A stretch of DNA of 64,000 nt from a bacterium (GTDB taxonomy: Bacteria > Electryoneota > Electryoneia > Electryoneales > Electryoneaceae). The position numbers and the translations under genes were made by a program. Below the pieces are notes generated by a model. It was not told the origin of the DNA, ran no database searches, and saw nothing but the letters and a program-made list of their open reading frames with translations. The DNA lies in the NCBI GenBank assembly GCA_043801585.1, contig JAZDLX010000200.1:18621-82620 (forward strand). The letters are read 5' to 3'. This document shows, one piece after another, positions 30,556 to 39,602 of the stretch (the first letter of the stretch is position 1; each line of letters begins with the position of its first letter).

Positions 30556-31392
30556 TTGGCACATCTTCTTGAACTGAGCGACGCGGAGTTCACCCGGATT
30601 CGACAGCTGGTGTATTCCAAGTTTGGAATCAACCTGACCGATCAGAAACGCGCCCTTGTGCTCGGACGGTTGAACAAGGTACTCCGTGATAAGGGGTTCA
30701 ACACCTTCTCGGAGTATTACGACTATGTGACCGATGACACGTCCGGGAAAGCATTATCGACTCTCATCGATCGCATCTCGACAAACCACACGTTTTTCTG
30801 GCGTGAATCGGATCACTTCGAGTATTTCGCTAACGCTACACTTCCGGATTGGGTGCAGCGGTTGCGCACGATTTCTCAAAAGAAATTTCGCATCTGGATT
30901 GCAGGGAGTTCCTCGGGGGAAGAATCCTACCTCATTGCCATGCTGATGCGAGAAATGCTGGGAAAGGATCTGCCACAATGGGACGTTGGCATTCTTGCCA
31001 CGGATATCTCGGTGACTGCCCTCGAAAAAGCGATCCGTGGTGTGTACACCCCGGAAAATGTCAATCATCTTCCCGATAAATTGAAAATCAACTACATGCA
31101 ACAGTTGCCTGATGGCAACTGGGAAGTGAGGGACGAGATCAGGCAGATGGTCGTCTATCGCCGATTGAACCTGATGCGCCCGGATTTTCCATTCAAAGGA
31201 TCCTTCCAGGTCGTGTTCTGCAGAAATGTGATGATCTACTTTGACCGCCCCACGAGAGACGCACTGATCAGAAAATTTCATGCGTACATGGATAAAGGTG
31301 CGACGCTTTTCATCGGCCATTCAGAGACTCTGGGCAGAACGAATTCATTGTTTCAATATATCAAACCTGCGATCTACAGGAGGATCGGGTAA
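30556..31392 (+). CDS. cheR: Chemotaxis methyltransferase
   Basis: FGINL, STNHTFFWRE..HF, AGSSSGEES, ILATDIS, FCRNVMIYFD, FIGHSE. Confidence 0.92.
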   Translation: MAHLLELSDAEFTRIRQLVYSKFGINLTDQKRALVLGRLNKVLRDKGFNTFSEYYDYVTDDTSGKALSTLIDRISTNHTFFWRESDHFEYFANATLPDWVQRLRTISQKKFRIWIAGSSSGEESYLIAMLMREMLGKDLPQWDVGILATDISVTALEKAIRGVYTPENVNHLPDKLKINYMQQLPDGNWEVRDEIRQMVVYRRLNLMRPDFPFKGSFQVVFCRNVMIYFDRPTRDALIRKFHAYMDKGATLFIGHSETLGRTNSLFQYIKPAIYRRIG

Positions 31393-31495
31393 TCGCGGAG
31401 AATCGTGTCCGCGTATTGATCGTCAATGATTCCGCCATCGTCTCAGAGAGATTCTCTCTCAGGGACTCTCAAAAGATCCAGCAATCAAAGTGGTC
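31392..31495 (+). pseudogene. cheB: CheB N-terminal remnant
   Basis: Reads IAENRVRVLIVNDSAIV / frameshift / REILSQGLSKDPAIKVV, then breaks off; ATC at the expected ATG position. Confidence 0.8.
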
Positions 31496-31497
31496 AC

Positions 31498-32149
31498 GAG
31501 ATTACGTCGATCCAGCGTGCCCTGGTTCACATCGGAGAAACGTTGGTTCTTGGCATTGTCGTCGGTGCAAGCACCGGGGAACTTTTTTGAAAAAACACTG
31601 GTTGGATATGACGGTCCGGAAGGAGCCATGAGGAAACACTGTCTCCAGGTTGCCTTCGCCGCGCGCGAACTGGCGATGCGGTCCAAGGGACAGGTGCAGC
31701 CCGATCAGGCGTATACGGCGTTCTTCTGATGGACACCGGAATGACCGTGTGATCGGACACCATGGTCGAACACACCGGAGATATTATTCACAGAATCGAT
31801 TTCGTTGAGCACGCGGATTTCACGGATTTCGAGCGTGAAGCGTTGTGGTTCGATCACGCTGAGGCCGGAGGCGAGCTCGCAAAACGATGGATCATTCCGG
31901 AGTCGTTGATCATCGGCATTCAGAATCACCATCATCCATACAAGGCTCCAGAGAAGTATCGCGCCCTGTTGTACACGCTGCATCTTGCAGACTCGGTTGG
32001 CGGGGTTTGGGATCGGGTCCGAATCTCTTTCTTATACGTTGGACGATGGGTACCCAGCCTGCTACCAACTCAACAGCCGGGACATCTCGGAGTTGATCCT
32101 TGTGGTACTGGAAAAGTACTCGAAGGTGGAGCATTCGCTTTTCAGTTAG
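31498..32149 (+). pseudogene. HDOD-domain gene remnant (N-terminal deletion, frameshifts, internal stop)
   Basis: EITSIQRALVHIGE...; KHCLQVAFAARELA...AYTA / LLMDTG; DHAEAGGELAKRW..PE...HHHP; pieces lie in different frames. Confidence 0.8.
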
Positions 32150-32163
32150 ACAGGACAGGCGAA

Positions 32164-32538
32164 ATGGTCAAAACGGTATTCATTGTGGATGATTCGGCAA
32201 CCGCTCGAATGATGATTCGACGCTGGGTGGAGATCGCCGGTTTGCCTGACTTCGCATTCGTCGAGGCTGGAAACGGACATCAAGGCCTGGATACGCTGAA
32301 AGAGACAAACGTTGATCTGATCTTCACCGATTTGAACATGCCAGAGATGGATGAAAAGGAATTCCTTCACCGTGTGCGCTTGTTGGAAGGATACAGCGTC
32401 GTGCCGGACGTCGTAATCACAAGCACGGGAAACGAGGCGAAGAAGGCGGTGTTTCGGAAGCAAGGGTCGTCCTTCATCCTTAGTAAACCGATCTCACCAG
32501 CAATAATGGCGGACACGTTGCAGCGACTGGAGGTGTAG
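32164..32538 (+). CDS. CheY-like single-domain response regulator (divergent)
   Basis: IVDDS, TDLNMP, SKP retained; atypical MDE and PDVV substitutions. Confidence 0.75.
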   Translation: MVKTVFIVDDSATARMMIRRWVEIAGLPDFAFVEAGNGHQGLDTLKETNVDLIFTDLNMPEMDEKEFLHRVRLLEGYSVVPDVVITSTGNEAKKAVFRKQGSSFILSKPISPAIMADTLQRLEV

Positions 32539-32541
32539 TCA

Positions 32542-33060
32542 ATGGTCCTCGAAAAAGCCAACCTTTACAAGGCACTCACGCAAGCGGTGGCTGAATCTCT
32601 TGAATCACTCGCTTTCGTTGAAGCGATTCTGCTGGATGAAAAAACACCACTTTTGCCGGAAGAGCAGGCTCCGAAACCTCGAACGAGCGTAGCATGGGCA
32701 CGTACACCGTTTATCAAACCTCTTGAAGGAGAGATTCTGTTGATCATGCCTCCGGAACTTGGACAGATGTTGACGGAAATCATATTCGGGGCCATGGGAG
32801 AGGAAAAGATCTCGGACGAAGTGATGCTCGACGCCATCGCCGAGACCTCCAACGTCGTCGCCGGAAGAGTGATGAACGGCTTGATCGGCAATCACACCGA
32901 GTTCGAGTTAGGATTGCCAATTCGAGGAATGGGTTCGAGCGACCAAGAGGTCCCCATGCCTCGAGGAACGCTTCACAAACTTGATTATACTATCGAAGGT
33001 TATACATTTACTGTCATCCTTGGTGCTAAAGGCTTTGAACAGGATCGCAATTCGAAGTAG
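32542..33060 (+). CDS. CheX/CheC-like protein
   Basis: DAIAETSNVVAG (ExxN motif), FELGLP; chemotaxis context. Confidence 0.75.
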   Translation: MVLEKANLYKALTQAVAESLESLAFVEAILLDEKTPLLPEEQAPKPRTSVAWARTPFIKPLEGEILLIMPPELGQMLTEIIFGAMGEEKISDEVMLDAIAETSNVVAGRVMNGLIGNHTEFELGLPIRGMGSSDQEVPMPRGTLHKLDYTIEGYTFTVILGAKGFEQDRNSK

Positions 33061-33072
33061 CGGGAGTGACGC

Positions 33073-33432
33073 ATGAAGATTCTTGTGGTTGATGATTCTG
33101 CGACGATGCGCCGCATCATTGAAAACAACCTGAAAACATCGGGTTTTGAAGACATTATCCAAGCGGGGAACGGCGTGGAAGCACTTGCGAACATGGCGGG
33201 TATCGATCTTGTTCTAACCGATTGGAATATGCCGGTGATGGACGGGTTGAGCCTGGTCAAGGAGATTCGCGGCAATCCGACATTCGCGAATATTCCGATC
33301 GTCATGATCACGACAGAAGGTGCAAAAGAAGAGGTCATCGAGGCACTGAAGGAAGGTGTGAACGACTATATCGTCAAACCGTTCACCAAGCAGGTGCTGC
33401 TGGAGAAAATTGAAAAAGTGACCCAAGGCTGA
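33073..33432 (+). CDS. cheY: Chemotaxis response regulator CheY
   Basis: KILVVDDS, TDWNMPVMDG, MITTEG, YIVKPF. Confidence 0.9.
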   Translation: MKILVVDDSATMRRIIENNLKTSGFEDIIQAGNGVEALANMAGIDLVLTDWNMPVMDGLSLVKEIRGNPTFANIPIVMITTEGAKEEVIEALKEGVNDYIVKPFTKQVLLEKIEKVTQG

Positions 33433-33454
33433 GCTTACAGCATCGGAGTTGTTT

Positions 33455-33928
33455 ATGGATGTTCGATATATCAATCCTTTCATCAACGCAACGATCAATA
33501 CGCTCGAAATGATGACGGGATTGACCCCTGAACCGAAAACACCCTACACCAAGGATAACTTCACAACCCAGGGAGATATCAGCGGTGTCATCGGTTTCGC
33601 GGAAAAAAACATCATCGGATCGGTGATTCTCAGTTTTCCCGAAGAAACCGCGATCATACTTTACAATGCAATGACTGGTGAAAACATCTTTCGCATCACC
33701 CGTGACGTTGAAGACAGCATCGGAGAATTGACGAACATCGTTGCCGGTGGCGCAAAAACCGTTCTCGCTGCCGAAGGCTTATCCTTCAACATCTCCATTC
33801 CATCCGTTATCGTAGGGAAGAGCCATACGATCACCAGCAAGGTCAACGCGCCCATTATCGTCATTCCATTCCAACTGGATCGAATGCGGTTTGTCATGGA
33901 AGTGACGATAAAGATTGAAGGGCAGTAG
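33455..33928 (+). CDS. cheX: Chemotaxis phosphatase CheX
   Basis: YINPFI, GDISGVIG, DSIGELTNIVAGGAK, ISIPSVIVG. Confidence 0.9.
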   Translation: MDVRYINPFINATINTLEMMTGLTPEPKTPYTKDNFTTQGDISGVIGFAEKNIIGSVILSFPEETAIILYNAMTGENIFRITRDVEDSIGELTNIVAGGAKTVLAAEGLSFNISIPSVIVGKSHTITSKVNAPIIVIPFQLDRMRFVMEVTIKIEGQ

Positions 33929-33957
33929 CACTCCCGCCGTAATCCATCTGAATACAG

Positions 33958-33993
33958 AAGCGCCGGGCATCCGATCGTAAGCCCGGCGCTTTT
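33958..33993 (+). terminator. Rho-independent terminator of the che cluster
   Basis: AAGCGCCGGGC/GCCCGGCGCTT stem followed by a T-run. Confidence 0.7.
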
Positions 33994-34006
33994 ATATTGT
34001 CGCCGT

Positions 34007-34756
34007 TCATCGATGCAGTGTTTCCCAGCGATCAAGCACACGTTGAAGGTTCTGCACCGCACGTGCCGCGACTGCATCAAGGAATCGTTCCGCTTTGTCC
34101 CGGTCATAGTCCGGGAACCCTTCACCTTCATGTTCCAGGATGATCGGAAAGGGGCCGGGATAAGCGGCGATTGCCGGGTTCAGGATCCCCGCATCTTCTT
34201 TTTTCCACTGGCCATCAGGTGCGGCTTCCGGCCGGATGGCAAGAACGAGTCCCGTCTCCGCGGTGCCTGAATGTCCGCCGAGTGCTTCATATGCCCCCGG
34301 TTCATTCCCGGGAATCTCACGGAACCAGTCGTAGGAGAGGGCGAACGCCCCTCGTTTCCGGTGCAGCTCGAAGGCCGCGGCTTTGATGCTGTCGATGTTC
34401 CCCGAGTGACCGTTGATGAAAAGCAATTCCCTGAAACCGCTGTCCATAAGGCCCGTTCCAATTTCCACGAGCAGCCGGGTGTAGGTTTCGGGAGTCAAGG
34501 TGACCGACCCCGGATACCGGCTGAGCGTTCGCAACGTTCCATAGGCGACAGCGGGTGCGACGAGGGCGTTCAATGCCGGGGCGATGCGAAGAGCAAGTCC
34601 TTCCGGGATCAACGTGTCCGTTCCTACTCCCGCTGCGCCATGCGCCTCTGTCGCTCCGCAGGGAATCATCACCCGATGAATCCGTTTCGGAACAAGCTCC
34701 CCGATTTCACTCGTCAGCAGTTCTTCCAGCTTCCAGCTTCTTACCGAGCTACTCAT
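34007..34756 (-). CDS. Creatininase family amidohydrolase
   Basis: PCGATEAHG....GTD, YPGSVTL, INGHSGN, GHSGTAET. Confidence 0.88.
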   Translation of the reverse strand: MSSSVRSWKLEELLTSEIGELVPKRIHRVMIPCGATEAHGAAGVGTDTLIPEGLALRIAPALNALVAPAVAYGTLRTLSRYPGSVTLTPETYTRLLVEIGTGLMDSGFRELLFINGHSGNIDSIKAAAFELHRKRGAFALSYDWFREIPGNEPGAYEALGGHSGTAETGLVLAIRPEAAPDGQWKKEDAGILNPAIAAYPGPFPIILEHEGEGFPDYDRDKAERFLDAVAARAVQNLQRVLDRWETLHR

Positions 34757-35831
34757 CTTCCGTCTCCTTGGATACGGGATTTGGTCGATTCGACTGTGCA
34801 GCCAGCAACACCTTCTCCACCAGCCCGGGAAGCAGTCGCGTCGCATCCGCGAGCAGAAGGGGAGGTGAATCTCCACGGATCACGATGACGGCAGGGAGGG
34901 AACGAATCCCCAATCCCAGCAGGCGACCGCTCCGAAAGCCGATCTTCTTGACAGTGATATCCAGCCCCCAGTCCAGCGCCGCTGCTCGCCCTGCGTCCAC
35001 ATTGATCCCCGCAAAACAAAAGGAATGGGGAATCCCGCTGCTGAGAAAATACAAGTCGAGTTCGCGAAGGATGGAGGCTTCATCATCGCCGCCAACCTCA
35101 TCCCAGAGAACAACAACACCCACCCTCTCGTCCGTCTGTCCTTTCGGTCTGCACGACCGTGGGACTGAGATTCGTTCAGTCGACGAGGCGTGTCGTTCTG
35201 CGTTTCGCAGGATCAGCTCCACTGACGATTTCTGATACTGCCGCCGGTACGCGTCCCACTGTTCTTCCGGATATTCCTGCGCCAGGTAGAGTTCTTTCGC
35301 ACTGGTGAGTAGATCGTTGTTGCCGGTCAGCAGCCATCCTGTCAGCAATGTTCCGAGCGCTTCCGACGGATACTCCTCATCTCGAAGGATCGAAGAGAGC
35401 AGGAGGTAGGTGTCCGCGGATCCATCAAGATCCACTGCCCTCGCTGCTGCGGCTTCCTCTTCCATACGCTTTTCGGTTCCAAGCAAGAGGTGCGCGATCC
35501 TGAAATGGATCCTGCCTTCCGCACGCTGGACACGGTTTACCCAGCGCAGCCTGTCCCAGGGCTTGCGGGGATGTTTCCTCCATTTCTCCAGTTTAATGAG
35601 CTGAGCATGCAGGGATTCCATCGGGGTTTCATCCGCAATCAGAGAGTCCACCTCGGCTGCAAGTCGAGCGTCATTGGATTGAACGAGCAGCGTCATCAGG
35701 GGATCATCCCGGTCCCTTGCCGATGAAACCGGAGCCGACAACAGGATGGCGGAGAAGAGGAGCAGCGGGAAAAGAAAACGGAAACGCACCCATGTAGAAT
35801 GCGGTGCCGGGATGTTGATGTTCGCGAACAT
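34749..35831 (-). CDS. Exported hypothetical protein (helical repeats plus possible thioredoxin-like C-terminus)
   Basis: Hydrophobic signal-like segment; overlaps the creatininase start; start codon uncertain. Confidence 0.55.
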   Translation of the reverse strand: MFANINIPAPHSTWVRFRFLFPLLLFSAILLSAPVSSARDRDDPLMTLLVQSNDARLAAEVDSLIADETPMESLHAQLIKLEKWRKHPRKPWDRLRWVNRVQRAEGRIHFRIAHLLLGTEKRMEEEAAAARAVDLDGSADTYLLLSSILRDEEYPSEALGTLLTGWLLTGNNDLLTSAKELYLAQEYPEEQWDAYRRQYQKSSVELILRNAERHASSTERISVPRSCRPKGQTDERVGVVVLWDEVGGDDEASILRELDLYFLSSGIPHSFCFAGINVDAGRAAALDWGLDITVKKIGFRSGRLLGLGIRSLPAVIVIRGDSPPLLLADATRLLPGLVEKVLLAAQSNRPNPVSKETEDE

Positions 35832-35891
35832 AGGCGGAAAGTAGAACAGGCCGCTGCTCCAAGGCAAACGATTAGGGCTACAAGTTGGCAC

Positions 35892-35982
35892 AAAAAACGG
35901 CATGCTTTGGGAAGCATGCCGTAAGCAAGGGCTCCTTTCGGATCGAAAGGAGTTGGCAGCGTGAGTCATTCGCTCAGCTGAC
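35892..35982 (-). ncRNA. Candidate sigma54-dependent small RNA, or structured leader/attenuator
   Basis: Three consecutive hairpins; the last is an 11-bp stem followed by a U-run; the 5' end lies about 12-14 nt downstream of a -24/-12 motif. Confidence 0.6.
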
Positions 35983-35993
35983 AAGAAAATAAT

Positions 35994-36010
35994 TGGCATA
36001 TTCCGTGCCA
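35994..36010 (-). promoter_or_regulatory. Sigma54-type -24/-12 promoter
   Basis: Minus strand TGGCACGGAATATGCC, GG-N10-GC spacing; IHF-like ATACAA-GGAG-TTA at 36029-36041. Confidence 0.6.
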
Positions 36011-36259
36011 TCCGTATTAGTACTATATATACAAGGAGTTATAGTAAAACGAACGTCAAGAACAAGGGATCATTGGCGGAAAGATTTGCCTTTTCTCAGC
36101 AGGAGATTCCGATTTTCAGCTGTTCGAACACGGATTGATGTGCTTGGGAAGGATGAATGTCGTTCTTTCCCGTGGCATGCAATTTTCGTATGTTTTTTCG
36201 TTCATAGAGTTCACCATCTTCATGAAAAAAGAACCTTTGCGTTTCCACGGAGACGATAC

Positions 36260-37744
36260 ATGGAACATCAGCTCGAAGCATGGCTGAAAACCTATCGCGG
36301 GGAAGCTGCGATTTCGCCCGCGACCTGGGCGGAACTTCCCAAGGACTGCAAAAGAAAACTCGATAATTATGCTCGGGACGAGGCGGTTCGGCGCGCGGAC
36401 GAGTTCGCTCGAGACGGCCATCTCGACCTCGATCGTCAGGATGCCATCCGTCAACTCGTTGATTCTATGGCGCAATGTTGGATGCTTCCGGGCGAGGAGG
36501 CACGTCGTATCGTGGAGGATTTCCTCGACGAATTGCCAGCCAACCCCGGATTTGAGTTTGACAAACTCTCGACGAGGACGTTTCGCCGCCGTGTGAACGG
36601 CACCTGGAAAGATCTCCTGGATAGTTTCGATTTGAAAAAGGAACCGAAAATCATCAGCATCGTCAGCAGGGAGCTGGATGTCGACAGGAGAAAAAATACG
36701 GACCGCACATCCTTCCTTGCAGCCTGGCGGGAAGCCTACGACCACTGGAGTCTGGCAGAGGCGAAAGATGCGGTAAATGAACTGATTGACCTTGTCAACG
36801 CAGGTGCAACCGGAGCAACGGAAGTTTCATTGCGAGAAATTCTCCCCCTGATCAAGCATCGCGGTGGCGCTTCATGGGCGAAAGCCCTCGAACTCGAACT
36901 GGAAGTTGGAGTGGAAGCAGCAGTTCGAGAAGACCTCATTCGCATGTTGAAACGGTATGCGTTGATCGTTCGCAGGGAGGGGGCGCTTGCGGAGCCCCCA
37001 AAGCCCAGAACGATCAGCGTTGATCTCGGGATTGAAGGGGAAAGCGTTGCTGCTCAGCACGCAACACTCCGCACGGAACCGGAGGTGGAACCATTGGTCA
37101 GCGTCGAGACTGAGCCGGAACCGGAAGAGCCAAAGACACCTGATGTTGAAGAAGAATCCGAGTCCTCTGAAGAGGACGCTGAAGTGGAGGCCCTCGAACC
37201 CGCGGAATCCATTTTTAACCAGCCGAGCGAAGAGGACAGGGAAGCTGCGGAGGAATTGTTCGGCAATGCCGAATCGGAAGTACAAGCAGTGGAAGAAATC
37301 CATCACGCGGTTGACGTTGTTGATGAGGATTCCGAACAAGTAGTTGAGGAAAAAGAATCAGCCGTTTCCCCTGTTGAAGCACAGGAGGTAGTGAGCCCTC
37401 CGAGCAAAGCTGCGATTCGAGTACCTGAGAAAGAGACTCCAGATGAGCATGAAGGAGCGCGGAAGAAGCGGTTGAAAGATGTCTTCTCGCCATCTCCTGT
37501 GCGTGATAAGAAAGACCGTTTTGCGGTGATTCGATCCGGTGAGTTTCGTGAGAGGGTAGTCCGGGAGATGTATAGCGGCGACGCGACTCTCCTTGATGTC
37601 TTCCTTGCCAAGCTGTCAGGCGCACCGGATTGGAACAGGGCGAAGCAGTTTATTGCGAATGAGTTTTTCCGATGCAAGGTCGATCTTCATTCTGAATTGG
37701 GAGAGGAGTTGTTTCTCAAATTGAAGGAGAATTTGAGTGAATGA
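36260..37744 (+). CDS. Hypothetical protein with long acidic low-complexity linker
   Basis: SD GGAG before ATG 36260; helical N- and C-terminal domains flank an E/P/S/V-rich region; overlaps the HDOD gene. Confidence 0.75.
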   Translation: MEHQLEAWLKTYRGEAAISPATWAELPKDCKRKLDNYARDEAVRRADEFARDGHLDLDRQDAIRQLVDSMAQCWMLPGEEARRIVEDFLDELPANPGFEFDKLSTRTFRRRVNGTWKDLLDSFDLKKEPKIISIVSRELDVDRRKNTDRTSFLAAWREAYDHWSLAEAKDAVNELIDLVNAGATGATEVSLREILPLIKHRGGASWAKALELELEVGVEAAVREDLIRMLKRYALIVRREGALAEPPKPRTISVDLGIEGESVAAQHATLRTEPEVEPLVSVETEPEPEEPKTPDVEEESESSEEDAEVEALEPAESIFNQPSEEDREAAEELFGNAESEVQAVEEIHHAVDVVDEDSEQVVEEKESAVSPVEAQEVVSPPSKAAIRVPEKETPDEHEGARKKRLKDVFSPSPVRDKKDRFAVIRSGEFRERVVREMYSGDATLLDVFLAKLSGAPDWNRAKQFIANEFFRCKVDLHSELGEELFLKLKENLSE

Positions 37745-38654
37745 ACACCCAGAACCTTTCGTTGATCCCTCGATTGGAGATGTAGAAGAACTTCAAAAAC
37801 GCGTGCGCTCAACCATCGAGGGAGTGACGGACCTTCCGACACTTCCAGGTGTGGTGATGAAGGTGGTCCAGCTCGCCGCGGACGAGAACGTGTCTGCGCG
37901 GCAGCTGAAGGAAGTTATTGTCACCGATCCTCCGCTGAGTGCGAAAGTCCTGAAAGCAGCGAATTCCGCTTTTTTCGCGAGGCGTGAAAAGACGGAAAAC
38001 CTGGACCAGGCGATCGTCACAATCGGTCTGAACGAGCTGATCAATCTCTGTGTTTCCACTGGCATGATCGAGACGCTTGAGAGCTGGGAAGAGAAACAGC
38101 TTCATCGCGCCGACATCTGGAAGCATTCTCTGGCCACCGCCTTCCTGGCGAAGAGTCTCGGTCTGCGAAAGGATATGCAGCGGCCGGGATCTCCCGATCT
38201 GTTTCTCTGCGGGCTGCTGCACAACATCGGATGGATTGTCATCGATCAATTCTTCCGAAGTGAATTGAAAGCCCTGCTGAAAACAGCCGCCGAAGTGGGA
38301 GAGTGGCGTCTCGAATACGAACAGCGCTACCTCGGGTTGAACCACGCGGAAATCGGCGCCCTTTTCCTGAGGAAATGGGGATTACCCGATGCCATCGCAC
38401 ATGTGATCGAGTACCACCACACGCCTGACAACACGAAAGAACATGCTGCGGAAGCGGCGTTGATCGGACTCGCTGCGACCTTGTCTCCCTTCGAGTTTTT
38501 CCCCAACATCCATGTCAACACGATCAGCGATCACATCCCACACCTTTTGCAGCACACCGAGGGGGAAGCCGCCATACGAGAAATGCGGCAGCGGTATGAA
38601 GCAAACATTAAACAGGCGAAGGTGATGACGGAACGGATGATGTCCTGGCTGTAG
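37737..38654 (+). CDS. HDOD domain-containing protein
   Basis: LPTLP, DPPLSAKVLKAANSAFF, WKHSLATA, GLLHNIG, HAEIGA...WGLP...YHH. Confidence 0.92.
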   Translation: MNEHPEPFVDPSIGDVEELQKRVRSTIEGVTDLPTLPGVVMKVVQLAADENVSARQLKEVIVTDPPLSAKVLKAANSAFFARREKTENLDQAIVTIGLNELINLCVSTGMIETLESWEEKQLHRADIWKHSLATAFLAKSLGLRKDMQRPGSPDLFLCGLLHNIGWIVIDQFFRSELKALLKTAAEVGEWRLEYEQRYLGLNHAEIGALFLRKWGLPDAIAHVIEYHHTPDNTKEHAAEAALIGLAATLSPFEFFPNIHVNTISDHIPHLLQHTEGEAAIREMRQRYEANIKQAKVMTERMMSWL

Positions 38655-38688
38655 GTCCTGTTGCCGGGAGACCCGGTCTGTCGTTTGC

Positions 38689-38717
38689 TTGACAAGATTC
38701 TCGATCGCCTCTATATT
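38689..38717 (+). promoter_or_regulatory. Sigma70-type promoter of tRNA-Leu
   Basis: TTGACA-17 nt-TATATT, 21 nt upstream of the tRNA. Confidence 0.8.
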
Positions 38718-38738
38718 TGCCGTCCGCATTACTGTTGC

Positions 38739-38822
38739 GCCGGAGTGGTGGAATTGGTAGACGCGCTGGTTTCAGGGACCAGTGTCCTTCGGGACGTGAG
38801 GGTTCGAGTCCCTCCTTCGGCA
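38739..38822 (+). tRNA. tRNA-Leu(CAG)
   Basis: Acceptor GCCGGAG/CTTCGGC, D-loop GGAATTGGTAGAC, anticodon arm CTGGT-TTCAGGG-ACCAG, long variable arm, GGTTCGAGTCC; CCA not encoded. Confidence 0.96.
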
Positions 38823-38930
38823 CCCGCAGCGCCTTTCCAGAGGATGGAATGGCGTTTTGTTCTTTTTGTAGTACCTCGAGAGTCATCACTCGCCAACTTC
38901 CCTTGTGTCAACCTTCAGACGGACATAGTT

Positions 38931-38963
38931 TACCGAACGTTTGAACAATTCATTCGAATGGTA
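38931..38963. promoter_or_regulatory. Possible TetR operator(s)
   Basis: Overlapping dyads TGAA-CAA-TTCA and CATTCGAATG immediately upstream of the tetR start. Confidence 0.35.
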
Positions 38964-38968
38964 GATAT

Positions 38969-39559
38969 ATGGCGAAAGAGGAACGCATTCAGGAACTGAT
39001 CGATGCAGCGCGTGATCTATTCCTGCGTTTTGGTTACAAGAAGGCGACGCTTGACGATCTGGCGGACATCGTCGGGATGACGAAAAGTTCGCTTTACCAC
39101 TATTTCAAAAGTAAAGAAGATCTGTTCAGGAAAGTCGCAACCGAGCTGTTTCACCGTGACCTGACATTGATGGAACAGACACTCGCGAATTCGACGACTG
39201 TCAACGAAGCACTCGTCAAACTGCAAAAACGAATGCGGGAACGGGTGGCCCAAGTCGATCCGAATGCGACCGAATTGATCGGCGAGATGAACAGCATCTA
39301 TCCACTGGTCCGCAATTCCTATGAGAAAACTCATGCTCAGTTCATTGAACTCTTGAAGTCCCGGCTCGATCGAGCGGTCGAAGAAGGTGAATTGCGCCCA
39401 TTAGAGACAAGGGAGTTCGCGATAATTCTGCTGATGCTGCTGAAGAATTCCCTTATTTTCCGCAGCAAAATGAAAGCGATGCACGAGATAGCGGTGAACT
39501 GGGAACACTATGTCGATGTTCTTCTTGCTCCTTACCGCCTGCGTCCAGTTTCAAGGTGA
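38969..39559 (+). CDS. TetR/AcrR family transcriptional regulator
   Basis: LIDAARDLF...GY..ATLDDLA...GMTKSSLYHYFKSKEDL. Confidence 0.93.
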   Translation: MAKEERIQELIDAARDLFLRFGYKKATLDDLADIVGMTKSSLYHYFKSKEDLFRKVATELFHRDLTLMEQTLANSTTVNEALVKLQKRMRERVAQVDPNATELIGEMNSIYPLVRNSYEKTHAQFIELLKSRLDRAVEEGELRPLETREFAIILLMLLKNSLIFRSKMKAMHEIAVNWEHYVDVLLAPYRLRPVSR

Positions 39560-39602
39560 TGACAAACTGTTAAACATTTACGATAAGGGTTGTGAGACGC
39601 AC

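Noticed and set aside
31762..32538. Intact 258-aa HDOD-receiver fusion protein
   Set aside because: The middle is an out-of-frame read of the HDOD C-terminus. The HDOD-like frame ends at TAG 32147-32149 and the receiver has its own ATG at 32164.
35993..36259. N-terminal extensions given by the ORF track (also 34749..36011, 18897..19022, 47211..47432, 2374..2589)
   Set aside because: They overlap regulatory or RNA elements or upstream genes; better starts with SD or stop/start coupling lie downstream
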